A stretch of 64,000 nt of DNA from Chiloscyllium plagiosum (GCF_004010195.1 NC_057719.1:65689702-65753701), one strand, 5' to 3'; counted from the first letter of the stretch, positions 12,556-24,565 are shown. The notes: generated by a model not told the origin, from the sequence alone. Made by a program: numbers and translations.

Positions 12556-12659
12556 ATCTCCTGCTCCACAGCTGCCTGATGAAGGAGCAGCGCTCCAAAA
12601 GCTAGTGTTTCCAAATAAACTTGTTGGACTATAACCTGGTGTTGTGTGATTTTATTTAT
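12556..12659 (+). mobile_element. Short PLE family B terminal fragment
   Basis: ctgatgaaggagcagcgctcc...gttggactataacctggtgttgtgtgattt. TSD core tgagttcatg at 12546-12555 and 12660-12669. Confidence 0.8.
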
Positions 12660-13009
12660 TGAGTTCATGTCAGCTCTCCATAGAATAACCCAATCAGTCC
12701 CATTGCCTCAAGCTCTCTCAAAATCTCTTGCAGCTTTCTCAACAGACTGTGCCTATACACCTCTTGTTTAAGCGCTATGCTCATGTCCGGAGAAATCTCC
12801 AGATTTCACATACTGCATTGTGTTAATGTACAATTTTTGCACTTGTGTTACCTAGTCTTATTACAGGAAATGACAAAAAGTTTTTAAAAAGCCATGTCGG
12901 AAAATTCAAGCATATCTTCCTGTTCCTTACTGCTGCAACTGTGCAAATGGATTATGGTGGTATTTTTAATGACATACACTATTTCCAGCATTATTTCCCT
13001 CTACGGCCT

Positions 13010-14120
13010 GTTCAAATTCCTTTTGAAATCATTGATCATCTCTGCTTCCACTACTCTCATGGGTACCGAGTTTTGCATGACTCCAAACTCACTCATTTAA
13101 ACCATTCTGCCTCACATTCCTCCTGCAATCTCAGACCCAAACAAAAGGATTAGTCTTTTTATGATCAGCCACTGGAAACAGCTTTTCTTTGTCTACCTTA
13201 ACTAAACCTGAATCAACTGTAGTCTCCGATGTTCCAAGGACAACAAACTCAGCTTCTGCAATCTAAAAATGTAAATAAAATGCCCATCTCTGGAATCATT
13301 CTGGTAAGTCTTTGCACCCTCTCACCATTCCTATGAGTTGGTGACCTGAACTAGATGCAATATTTTGGCTATGGTCTGACCAAAAATTTGTAAAGATTCA
13401 GTGTACCTTCCCTGCTTTATGATTCGATGTCTTTATTCATGAAGCCCAAGATGCCAAATTCTTTACAACTACAATCCCAATATCGTGAGCAGCATGGTGC
13501 TCAGTAGTCAGCACTACTACCTCATAACACCAGGGACCTGCGTTTGATCTCAGCCTTGGGCGATTTCTGTGTGAGGTTCGCACATTCTCCCTGCATCTGT
13601 ATGGGTTTACTCCCCTAATCCAAAGATGTGCAGGTTAGGTGAACTGGCCAAGCTAAATTGCCCATAGTGTTCAGGGTTGTGTAGGTACATTTTTAGGGGT
13701 AAATGTAGAGTAATGATTTAGGGGAATGAGACTGGGTGGGATACTCTTTGGAGGGTCAGTGTGGACTTGTGCAGCCAAATAGCCTGCTTCCACACTGTAA
13801 GGAAACATGAACCCCCATCCCTTACAGTCACTAGAACTGTGTGGTTATATTCTTATTACCTCTCCTTTTTTCTTTTGCCAAAATGAATCATTTTATATTT
13901 TTCTCTGTATTAAATTTCATCTGCCCCTTGTTAGCCCACTCTGCTGGACTATCTATGTCTTGTTGTACTCATTTGATGTTATCCTCTCTGCCTGTCACCT
14001 TTCCAAATTTCATTTCATTAACAAATTGCAACATTTTACCCTGTATCCCAGTACCCAAGTGTTTATATATCAAAAAACGTTGTGATGCTTGCAGAAAATC
14101 ACTACCATCCTTAAGTCTGA
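13010..14120 (-). mobile_element. Degenerate CR1 LINE 3' region, split by a SINE
   Basis: CR1-type 3' ORF2/UTR sequence (ctggaatcattctggtaagtc...; aaatttcatctgcccc...) continues on both sides of the SINE. Confidence 0.6.
13487..13803 (+). mobile_element. HE1-type V-SINE (older copy)
   Basis: tRNA-like head, V-domain (gcacattctccc...caaagatgtgcaggttaggt), CR1-like tail (cctgcttccacactgta). Confidence 0.85.
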
Positions 14121-14714
14121 AAAGTAACCATTTCATAGAACTCATTACCTCTATTCTCATTCCTTTTTCTTTTAATTCAACCTAAATTCTGCTAGTGGAA
14201 CAAAGTATCCTTGCTTCATGATTTCTGGGTGTTGCATGTGTCCAACTCTTACATTTCTAAAATAGGATTCCACAGCACAGGCATTAAGTTTTGGTGGGTG
14301 AGGTTGAACGTTGCCTGGCCAAAATGTAATGGATTGTGGAGGAGTTGAGGGTGGATGAAGCTGCTCCGAATCTTGGGAAGCTCCAAGTATTGGCTGGAGG
14401 AATTGGACCTTTCGAGCAAACTGAAGCAACAATTCCCATGTGCATTCCCTTGCTGCTGCGTGGAAGGAAGCAAAACACAGAGTTAGACATTCTATTTGCC
14501 AAAGACCAGAAACACCAATGACTGAAGACTGACTTGAGGATGCTCAACTGGTTCTGGCATCCAGACGCCTCAATGTGAGCGAGCAGCTGACATTTGTCAT
14601 GTAATGTCATGTAATGGGTAGCCCATCGGTAAATACTGGGCAGAGGTCCACAATGGGGTGGAGGAATGGACACTGAGCAAGCAAACTTGAGCAGTTGTGC
14701 TGGCATGTGTCAAA

Positions 14715-16206
14715 TTCTGGTGCAAGATGGCGGCAGACGAGGATGCTCCACCTGTTCTTTTCCTTACTTTTTCCTTTCTTTTCCTCTTTTTATTCCCTTT
14801 TTCTCTCCCCTTAGCACCAGAGGCGAATTCTGGAGCAGTGACAGGCGTTGGCAGCAAGTCTCCAGGGCAGCGCATGGGGAAGCAGCTCTGGAGCAGGCGT
14901 GCACCGGAGCACTGCATGGGGAAGCACACCCAGGGCAAGTCCTGGGCCGGTGTGAGGGCAGCGGGTCCTGAAGCGGCATGCGGGCAGCAAGTTCCGGAGT
15001 GGCACACTGGCTGTGAGTCCCAGGGCAGTGCACAGGCAGCGAGTCCAGGACCAGTGTGCAGACAGCGAGTCCTGGAGTGGCGAGTCCTGGGCCGGATCAT
15101 GGGCAGCGAGTCCCAGAGTGGCACGTGGGCTATGAGTCCCAGGGCAATGCAAGGCAATGAGTCCAGGAGCAGCACATGGGCAGTAGTCCTGGGCAGTGCG
15201 AAGGCAGTGAGTGCTGGGGCGGTGCGTGAGACGGGGTACGAGGCCGGCACATGGCCAGTGTGTCCTGGGGCAGCACATGGGCAGTGTGTCCTGGGGCAGC
15301 GCGCAGGTAGCGAGTGCTGGGGCGGTGCGTGAGCAGGGGTACAGGGCCGGCACATGGCCAGAGAGTCCCAGAGCGGTGCGCAGGCAGCGAGTCCCAGGGC
15401 AGCACATGGTCAGTGAGTCCTGGGGCAGCACATGGGCAGTGTGTCCTGGGGCAGTGCGCAGGTAGCGAGTGCTGGGGCGGTGCGTGAGCAGAGGTACAGG
15501 GCCGGCACATGGCCAGAGAGTCCCAGAGCGGTGCGCAGGCAGCGAGTCCCAGGGCAGTGCACAGGCAGCGAGTCCCGGGGCAGCACATGGTCAGTGAGTC
15601 CTGGGGCAGCACATGGGCAGTGAGTCCTGGGTACAGTGCACAGGTAGCGAGTGCCAGGGTGGTGCGTGAGCAGGGGTACGGGTATGGCACAGGGCCTGCG
15701 AGCCCAAGAGCGGTGCGAAGGCAGCAAGTCCCGGGGCAGTGCACAGGCAGCGAGTCCCGGGGCAGCACGTGGGCAGCAATTCCTAGGTGGAGGCTGGCAC
15801 GGGGGAGGCAATTCTGGAATGTTCCTTGGAGCAGCTGAGTGCTGGTACGGAACAATCTGCACGCTTGGAGCGAAGCAGGGATTGCTGTTGGACTGAGGTC
15901 TGTGCAGGTGGTCAGACCATGTGTGGAGGCCCTGCACTGAGCTGCTGCAATGTAATGTTTATTTGAAATTTCCTACCTTGCTGTAATGTCAACCCTTTAA
16001 TGATTCCTTATTTTTAACTTATTTTTCAACTCTGTAAAGTAATACCCCTAGTTTTATTCTTCTGTTGCATCCAAGAATTGTACCTGGGTACTTGTACCTG
16101 AGACATCGCCATAAAAAGACAGACATTGTAAACATTTTCACTGTACTCCTACAATGGAATACATATGACAGTAAAATGATATTGTTTTGTATTCTATATT
16201 CTAATG
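14715..16206 (+). mobile_element. Putative non-autonomous non-LTR retroposon with a minisatellite body
   Basis: Starts near caagatggcggc (14723-14734). Ends ttttcactgtactcct...tgacagtaaaa...(tattc)n. The same 3' end recurs at 20.7-21.0 kb. Confidence 0.6.
14860..15780. repeat. GC-rich ~26-bp minisatellite with a ~155-bp higher-order repeat
   Basis: Units like gcagcgagtcccagggcagtgcacag. Block 15271-15402 is repeated at 15426-15557. Confidence 0.9.
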
Positions 16207-16247
16207 ACTGAAAATGCTCCAGCATCTACAGACCTCACTTTTTCCTC
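16207..16247 (+). mobile_element. 41-bp minimal PLE footprint
   Basis: ctgaaaatg (inverted arm) + ctccagcatctacagacctcacttt (tail). Perfect 13-bp TSD ctatattctaatg at 16194-16206 and 16248-16260. Confidence 0.75.
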
Positions 16248-16461
16248 CTATATTCTAATGGCACCAGTTGGGGAAGATTGCTGGAGCAGTTCAACACACA
16301 AATGGGTGTCTTTGGAGTAGGATATCTCACAGGACGAAGGAGCAGATAGACAGGATTACTCAACCTATTGCAAACCACAGACTTAATGTCATTTGAATGC
16401 AGTAAATACTCCCTTATTTAATTTTAATTTCCCTTCATGTCTGTAATGGGACTGATACTGA

Positions 16462-16985
16462 TATAGAGTCATTAGAGTCGTACAGCACAGAAACAGACCT
16501 TCGGTGCAACCAGTCCATGCTGACCATTGTCCCAAACTAAACTAGTCCCACCTGCTTCCTCCCGGCCCATACCCCTCCAAACCTTTCCTATTCATGTACA
16601 TATCCAAATGTCTTTTATTCATTGTAATTGTACACACTACTTCCTCAGGATGTTCATTCCATCCCCGAACCACCACCTGTGTAAAAGAGTTGCCTCTCAT
16701 GTCCTTTTTAGATCTCTCACCCGTCACATTAAAAAATGTGTCCCTTAATCTTGAAATCCTCCACCCTTGAGAAAAGAAACTACCATTAACCAAATCTACA
16801 CATCTCATTATTTTATAAACTTTTATCAACTCCTACACTCCGGTGAAAAAATTCCTATCCAGCCTCAATACTTCCATACCCAGCAACATCCTGGTAAATC
16901 TCTTCTAAACCCTCTCCAGCTTAATAATATCCTTCCCATAACTGAGCAACCAAACCTGAACACAGTATTCCAGAAGAGGTCTCTT
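16462..16985 (-). mobile_element. CR1/HER1 LINE 3' fragment
   Basis: ORF 16542-16829 (VYKIMR...FTQVVVRGWNEHPEEVV...KRHLDMYM), followed by a (gactcta)-like tail. Confidence 0.9.
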
Positions 16986-17049
16986 GTGGAATAAAGGATC
17001 CTGCTTTATGCTGTTGTACTTTCTATATCTTCAAAACTCATTACACTTT

Positions 17050-18345
17050 GTTGTCCTTGAGACGGTGATGGTGAGCTGCACTGTTGAACATTTGCAGGTT
17101 ATTAAGGGAACATAGAAACAGAAGGAGACCATTCAGCCCATCAAGCTTGCCCTGCCATTCATTATGATCATGGCCGATCAAGCACTTCAGTGCCTTTTAC
17201 ATTCTCAAAGATGGAACTTCCACAACACTCTGGAGTAGAGAATGCCAAAGGCTCACAACCCTCAGAGTTAAAAACATTTTCCTCACGTGACACTTGTGTG
17301 ACATCCTCCTTATTTTAAACTGGTGGCCCCTAGTTCCAGATTCACCAACTATGGGAATAATCTTCCCTGCAGCTACTCTGACTATCCCTTTAAATATTTT
17401 GTAAGTTTGCTGTGGGTACGTCCGTAATGCTGGTAGGGAAGGAATTCCAGGATTTTGACTCAGTGACAGTGAAGGAATGGCGATATATTTCCAAGTCAGG
17501 ATGGTGTTTGACTTGGAATGGAACCTGCGGATGGTGGTGTTCCCAGGTATCTGTTGCTTTTACTCTACTAGAAAGAAGTAGTTGTGGGTTTAGAAGGCAC
17601 TGACTAAAAAGCTTTGTGGAACTTCTGTAGTAAATGGTGCTCACAGTTGCTACCGAACACTGGGTTGTGGAGGGAGTGAATGTTCATGGATGCCTTAGAT
17701 GGTGTCAAGTTTCTTAAGCATTGCAAATCAGAAAAAAAAGCAGAATTTTCTGGAAAAGCTCAGCAAGCCATGCAGTGTCTAGCAGTGGAGAGAAGTCAGA
17801 GTTTAATGTTTCAGGTCAAATTCTGAGAAAGGGTCACATAACCTGAAGCATTAACTCTAATTTATTTCCACGGGTGTTGCCAGACCTGCTAAGGTTTACC
17901 AGCGATTTCTTGAGTTTTATTGGAGCTTCACTCATCTAGGCAAGTTGGGATTATTCCATCACATTCCTGATTTGTGGATGGTAGACAGGCTTTGGAAAAT
18001 CAAGAAATGGATTCTTCACTGCAGCATTCCCAGCCTTTGACCTGCACTTGTAGAGACTGTATTTATTGTCCAGTTCAGTTCTGGTCAACAGTAACCCTCA
18101 AGATATCAATAGTGAGAATTTCAGTGATTATTATGCCACTGATTGGGTGGCATGAAAGTTGCTTGCCACTTGTCAGTCTAAGTCTGGTATCATCCAGATC
18201 TTGGCTGCATTTGAACATGGACTGCTTCAGTATCTGAGGAGTCACCAACAGTGCTGAATATTGTGCAATCATCAACAAATATCGCCACTTTTGACCTTGT
18301 GATGGAGGGAATTGATGACAGCCCTGCTGGAAGAGTACCAATCAT
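17050..18345 (-). mobile_element. Old LINE (CR1/L2 clade) 3' region, interrupted by a CR1 3' end (~17108-17405) and a PLE-derived palindrome (~17725-17912)
   Basis: ORF 18190-18402 contains LPSITRSKVAIFVDDCTIFS (FADD-like). ORF 17390-17644 contains HSFTVTESKSWNSFP. Confidence 0.7.
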
Positions 18346-18481
18346 CTTTAATCTCATGCATTGTGGGTATTTGGAACCATTCTCCTCCCTCACCATGAGC
18401 ACAGGTATAGGCTAGGGTGCAGAAACGGGTTGTTCAACTTAAACCTGAAAAAATGTAAGCCTGAAAATCATTGTGCATGTA

Positions 18482-18655
18482 TAGAGGAATCTCGATTATC
18501 CAAAGTACACAGGTGGGGGTTATTTCACTCGGTTAATCGAATTCCGGATTATTGAATGCCAGATAACATAGTTTAGCCAAGCATCAGGACCTTGCAATCT
18601 TACCGGATAATCTGATATTCAGATAATCGAATGCCGGATTATCGAGGTTCCTCTG
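18482..18655. mobile_element. Tc1/mariner (pogo/Tigger-like) MITE
   Basis: TIRs (t/c)agaggaa(t/c)ctcgat(t/a)atcc at both ends, TA on each flank, internal ggataatcga-like motifs. Confidence 0.85.
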
Positions 18656-19394
18656 TATTTCCTGTTTAACCACCTTCCTCTAAAAAAACTTATTTTCAAC
18701 TCCTGCACTGAGCTCTCTAATCAGGTAGATTCTCAACTCGCCTGGTTTCAATTTGTTAGTCTTATGTAGAGAACATGATACATACAGATATATATTATAT
18801 GTAGATTGTACAAATATAATCAGAACCAGATTTATTTCCATGCAACTGAGGGGCCAATATTCTGATAGGAATCCCTGGTCAATGTTGATATGCGATACCA
18901 TTCAGTGCATTCAAGTGACAAAGTAAGCTGTCCCAGAGAAACAGGATGCAGCCTACATTTAGAATTCCCCGTGAGACATGTTTCAGATTCCAGCCAAGTC
19001 CTTGGAATGGGAGAAATAGGCAGGGGTGGTTTTCTTTCAATAGAGAGCTGGAAGGAAAATCATAACAGATTGCTGACCTGAAGTTCTTGGAGAGAAGGTT
19101 TAGTTTTTCTGGAGAAAGAATCAACATCAATTGCCTAATGTAATGACATGCATCTCAGATCTTTATGATGCATCCTTGTCGTATAGGCTACCTACTTAAT
19201 TGCAACATTCACAATGATTCACATGGTCTCCTTCTATGCTGTAATGACTCTGTAACTCTCTAACTGGAAAGTTCAGTTTCATCAGATACTTATTCACAAG
19301 TTTCGCTGTAAGGTGGTCCTCACATTGATATGAAATATCCGATCACAGAATCTGCACTCTCTGAAACAAGCAACATTCTCAGTCAAAAGAAACC

Positions 19395-20042
19395 TAAAGC
19401 ACTGTGGATGCTGGAAGTCAGAAACAAAGTCAGAAATTGCTGGTGAAACTCAGCAGGTCTGGCAGCATCTCTAGAGAAAGTGAGGTCTGCAGATGCTGGA
19501 GATCAGAGCTGAAAATGTGTTGCTGGAAAAGCGCAGCAGGTCAGGCAGCATCCAGGGAACAGGAAAATCGACGTTTCAGGCATAAGCCCTTCTTCAGGAA
19601 CTGAAGAAGGGCTTATGCCCGAAACGTCGATTCTCCTGTTCCCTGGATGCTGCCTGACCTGCTGCGCTTTTCCAGCAACACATTTTCAGCATCTCTAGAG
19701 AGAAAGCATTAGAAGTGAGAGAAAGTGTTAACATTTCAGGTCCAATGATCCTTCTTCAAAACTGATTGTAGCTAGGAAAAGGTTAGTATATATATGCTGA
19801 AGATGGGGGAAGGGGTGCAGAGGAGTAAACAATTATCAAAAGAGATGGAAAATGGGTTATGGATTTACTTTCAATATTTTATATTAATCCATTAAGTCAA
19901 AATCAAATTCAGTCACTATTTTATGTACATTGCTTTAAATAAAAATGTATTTACTCCTCCCACCAAACCCCATCTTCAACATATTCACCAATCTCTTGCT
20001 GCCAGACCAGCTGACATTTTCCAGCAATTTTCATTTTTGTTT
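19395..20042. mobile_element. Older PLE-derived element hosting a younger palindromic PLE insertion (19478-19686)
   Basis: Younger insertion has near-perfect inverted arms. Duplication cagcatctctagaga at 19463-19477 and 19687-19701. Confidence 0.85.
19601..19630 (+). ncRNA. Minimal hammerhead ribozyme-like core (second copy on - strand at ~19569-19596)
   Basis: CTGAAGA-A-GGGC-TTAT-GCCC-GAAACGTC, with a palindromic ACGT helix III and a GUC triplet. Confidence 0.65.
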
Positions 20043-20184
20043 CAATCAACGTCCTTCCTGATGCCGTACATATCTGCAGAACAAATTACTTTACATGGTT
20101 TGGCAAACAATTCTCAAAAAAGGAAGAAACAAATGGTGCGGAAACACCAAGGACTTTCTGACTATGCAAAATACAAAGGCACTG

Positions 20185-20318
20185 ATAGAATCTCTACAGT
20201 GCTGAAAGAGGCCATTTGGCCCAATGAGTCTGTACTGAATCTCTGAAAAGTGAAGAGTTGAACCTGGATCCCCAGCACTGTGAGGCAGCAGTGCTAACCA
20301 CTAAGCCACCGTGCTGCC
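20185..20318 (-). mobile_element. Internally deleted HE1-type SINE
   Basis: Reverse-complement tRNA head (gcagtgctaaccactaagccaccgtgctgcc) joined to the tail (tacagtgctgaaagaggccatttggccc). Confidence 0.7.
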
Positions 20319-20451
20319 TCATAAGCTCTTCATTTATGCCAAGTTCAACTACTGAAATGAAAAATCTCCTGCTGCTTTATCGCTTTAAAAATCTTTGAAA
20401 AGATTTCAAAATTATTTTTAAAGAACAGTATATATGACAGTTAGTAAGTTT

Positions 20452-20632
20452 TGAAGAGTGTGGTGCTGGAAAAGTACAGCTGGTCAGGCAGCATCTGAGG
20501 AGCAGGAGAATCGATGTTTCGGGCATAAGCATCGATTCTCCTGCTCCTCGGATGCTGCATGACCAGCTGTGCTTTTCAGGCACCACACTCTTCGGCTCTG
20601 ATCTCCAACATCTGCAGTCCTCACTTTCTCCT
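20452..20632. mobile_element. Palindromic PLE terminal insertion
   Basis: Inverted arms plus tail. TSD agtta(g/c)taagttt at 20439-20451 and 20633-20645. Confidence 0.88.
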
Positions 20633-20699
20633 AGTTACTAAGTTTAATTTTTATTTATCAATATAATGTTATCCCATTAACATTATCAGTGGTTTGAGA

Positions 20700-20980
20700 G
20701 CTCAGACATGTGTGGAAGTATGTGCGTTGATCTACTGTAGGATCTTTACAGAAAGACTGAAATATTTATCATTTTAACTTTATTTCTTATTTTCTAACTT
20801 ACACTACCTGTAAGGTAATGTAACTTTTCTTTCTTTATTTCTGTATTTTGTATCACTGATTTGTATCTCGATAATTTATATCTAAGGTGTGCCATGTGGG
20901 GTGACATTGTGAAATTTTCATTGTACTCCTGTACATCTGCACTTGAGCAGACATGACAATAAACCTAATTCTAATTCTAA
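20700..20980 (+). mobile_element. 3' fragment related to the 14.7-16.2 kb retroposon
   Basis: gacattgtgaaattttcattgtactcct...catgacaataaacc(taattc)n parallels 16122-16204. Confidence 0.6.
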
Positions 20981-23900
20981 TCTTGAAAAAGTAAATCAAC
21001 AACCCATTTTCCATCTCTTCTGATATTTATTTCTCCTGGCATGAAGGAGAGCTAGAAAGAGGTCATTGATTTGCCATTACCCTTCTTATGTAATATTGCT
21101 CAAACTCAAAATCTACCACACTGCCTTTATTGTATTTTTGGGCATTAATATTACTTTTCATTATTTCAATTTCCAAACAATGAATCGGTATTCAGGCTAA
21201 ACTGTCTGCATTCATTGAATACAGATGTTGGTCAGACGCCAAACTTTCTCTGACCCAAAGATTGAAAACGCAAGGGGATGAAATTTTTCAGCAGTGCTGA
21301 AGCACCATGTTGATCTTTAATCAGATGCAGGTTGCTGATTGTTTCTCCATACAGATGAAAAACATAATTAAATAAGAGCAACTGCTGTATCCCAGTACTA
21401 CCGCCTTAAATTATTCCTTCGTTTTCAACAGTAAATGGCTGATATGGCCACAGTGCTTTAAAAATATGGACAGTTAAGGTCACCTTGATTTTACATCCAA
21501 TTCTATATTTATAACATTTTGACTGTTTCTTCTCCTCATTAAACACACGGTCAATCTTTTGTGTCCACACTGATTTAAGTATTTGACCTTGGTGTCTTCT
21601 TCCTTTTTAAATCATCATTTTCTCCACCTTTAGAATTCACCAATCGAAATTTTCTTCCTATTTCAAACATTTCATCAAAGAAGGTCCACAAATTTGCAAT
21701 ACAAGCAGGAGCTAGCCGATCATATTCCATCACAGTAACACTCTCGAGCATAAAGCTGTTGCCATGATTCCTCATCCCACACACATACCCTTAAAATTGA
21801 ACTTTACCATAGAAATGTCAGTTCACAAGAACAATCACTACATACCAATAAACCTCCCCATGACCCCCCCCCCCCCCAACCTACAACCCTACCATCTTTG
21901 TCCATTCAATTTTGGTCTCAACTGGGTCTCTGAACATTTTGGAATCAAGTAGACCCAACCCTTTCAGATTATCACTTTGCAATTGCAATCTTGCACTCAG
22001 ATGACTTGAAACCTAGTCTTAAGTACTCCCATTACCACAGCTTAACTAGCCAGTTCTCAATATTTTAATATCTTAGTTGCACATTTAATTGGCAAAACAA
22101 TGCAATAGTTTCTGGGGAGTGGGGGGACACAATTCATCAGAAGCAGCAACGACTGAGCTGAAGAATGGACTTGTCCCTCATATAAAGACACCAACAATAT
22201 TTCCAGCCAAAAATTCTCTTAGTCAATATGCTTGCTGTGTCCATGTATGTTCATTGCCACGTATTCCAAGTGTACACATTTTATAGTTTCTTTCATAGAG
22301 AATGAAATGCCAATGCTTAAGGTATGGTTATACATTTTTATAATTGAAAGAGTATGACCTCAATTGTAATGGTGGTGCTAGAAAACAAAATAGCTTCCAA
22401 TTTATAGTAGTCAATTGAAATGTCAATGCAGGCATATGAACATATACCATCCTCTGTTTTTCTTCAGTTTTGGTGAAGCATTTCCTTGTTTTTAACTTAA
22501 GCAGAGCTTATTGGCCTGCATGACACCTGTTCTAGCCAAAACTAAATGTTCCTTACACCGTGAATAACAATGAACTACTGCCAGCTATTGTTAATGGAGC
22601 CATGAATGCTGGATGGAATCTCATGGCCAAATAGCTTTATGAACATGTATCTTATCTGAAAGCATTTACAAGCTGTCCCTCAGTCATTGAAACGATAAAT
22701 CAGAACACAAAGATTCCAACATACCCCAGTATTCGTGCAAGAAATAAGGTTTTTTATTTCATAGCATCAAGGAATTTGGTCCACAGAGGCCATTAGGCCT
22801 TGCCAGCCTCATTCCACTCTCCAGGTTTAGGTTTGTTGCCGTGTAGATTATAACACTGCAAGTATTGATAGAAGTATTTTTGAAATGTGGTAAACATTCA
22901 GCAGTGAATACAAGACTCCAGGACATTTGGGTGAAATAAATTCCCTCTTCATCCTCCTATAATCCTTTTATTAAGTAGCTTCAATTGAAGTCTTCTCTCT
23001 GGTGACAACATTAGATCTCCCCTATCAAGTCTACCTGGACTGTTCATAATTTTTACACTCCCACTTAAATCTCTCATTAGTTTCATGTGTTCGAAAGAAG
23101 ACAACCCTTTCAACCTAATTCAACTGCTTTAGTATGAGAGAGAAATATTTACACAAAATCTGTCACATCAAGTTCGGCATTGGGCTCCACTGTAGAGGGT
23201 GTAAGTTACATCCCACAAGTAGCTATAACTCAGGAAATAGAAGGGAATGAGGAGCTCAAGAAATGATTAAGTAGACACAGTGGGAACCTGATTTAAAACA
23301 CAGAAGACTCAACACTGTAGAATGTACAAATGTAGAATTGATTAGATTTAAAAAGAACCCAATCACCGCAAAATGCATCAATCAGGAAGCAAGTCTAGTT
23401 TTGCAAAGAATGACAGAATTCTGTGATAGGTTTGCATAGTTTGATATTATGTGATGATTAGGATGCTTAAGTAACCAACACAATTGCACAGTGTATAAAT
23501 GTGTAAAACGAACTATGACTGGGGAGACAGAGCTGTGTCATATGTATACACAGTTGTATAATAAAACATAATGTCTTGCTCAGACCTTCAACAATCTCAG
23601 TCTCTAATTGATGTGCTCACAGAATGTGCTCCCACATCTAATCTAGCTAACATACTCAACTAGGTTTTCAGTGTCTGAATTGTTGGAGGATACAGGAGGC
23701 AGCTTTATGAATTTTCCTATGAGGGATCAGTGACTTCTTCCTCAGATAAAGGCTGGTGGGGCTGCTCTTTGAGGGTGGGAACTGTGTAGATGGTGCAGGT
23801 GGAAAATGTGAAAGGAAATTAGTTATGAAACAGGGATGGGATTTTGAACATTTTGAGAATACATTCACAGTGTTGTTAATGGGGAAGCACCGTGGAACAA

Positions 23901-24339
23901 TGAATCTTACTTGGTTGCTAGGCATTGGATGCCTCAACATTTCTGCATGACTAGATATTCTCATTTCTGCAAACTCAAGTTATGGGGTGAGAAGACAAAT
24001 GTCAGCTCCCTGCCACCCCATTCCTGCCACCAACACCCATCTTGACTCTCACCTTCTTATTGTGGATTGTTTACTGCTGCAATGAGACAATGAGATTGAG
24101 TAAGATCGAAGTGCCTAGTACCATTGTTAGTGCTGGGGCAGAGGTGGTGAGGTATCCCAAGTGAATGAGTCAAAAGCACAGAGGGCTGGAAAGGTTCACA
24201 ATCTGGGGTGAATTGGATGGATGAGAGCCATTGAAGGAAGGTGCCGCAGATAACAGTGAGAGTGGTAGACTATGAGCTTTAGTGGGAGGTGGATGCAATA
24301 GCACAGATAGTGAGAGTGTGAGTAGCAGAGATAAGACAG

Positions 24340-24565
24340 TAGCATTTACCCTCACAGAGCACAGAAAGTCATTAGCCTTCTTCCCCCATTGTTGGATGCC
24401 CCTCCACACCTGTGAGCTGGGCAGCAATATTAGACTGTGCTGGTTGAATCTGATGATGTATTCTTCTTTGCTGGGCCTGAAGAAAGAGAACAGTCTTCCT
24501 CTGCAGCAGAACCTCTAGGTCTCTGTCAGTAAATCAGGGCACCACCTTGCCTCCATTGATCATCT
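24340..24565 (-). pseudogene. Decayed Myb/SANT-like ORF of a PIF/Harbinger transposon
   Basis: Manual translation: KVVP*FTDRDLEVLL(Q)RKTVLF...AQSNIAAQL, then a frameshift, then QQWGKKANDFLCSVR. Resembles the Myb/SANT pattern PRF..D.EVLL....VLF...W..IA.....QC.KK.NDL. Confidence 0.55.

Noticed and set aside
14597..15937. Many overlapping 170-250 aa ORFs on both strands
   Set aside because: Caused by the stop-poor GC-rich minisatellite. The translations are repetitive with no domain.
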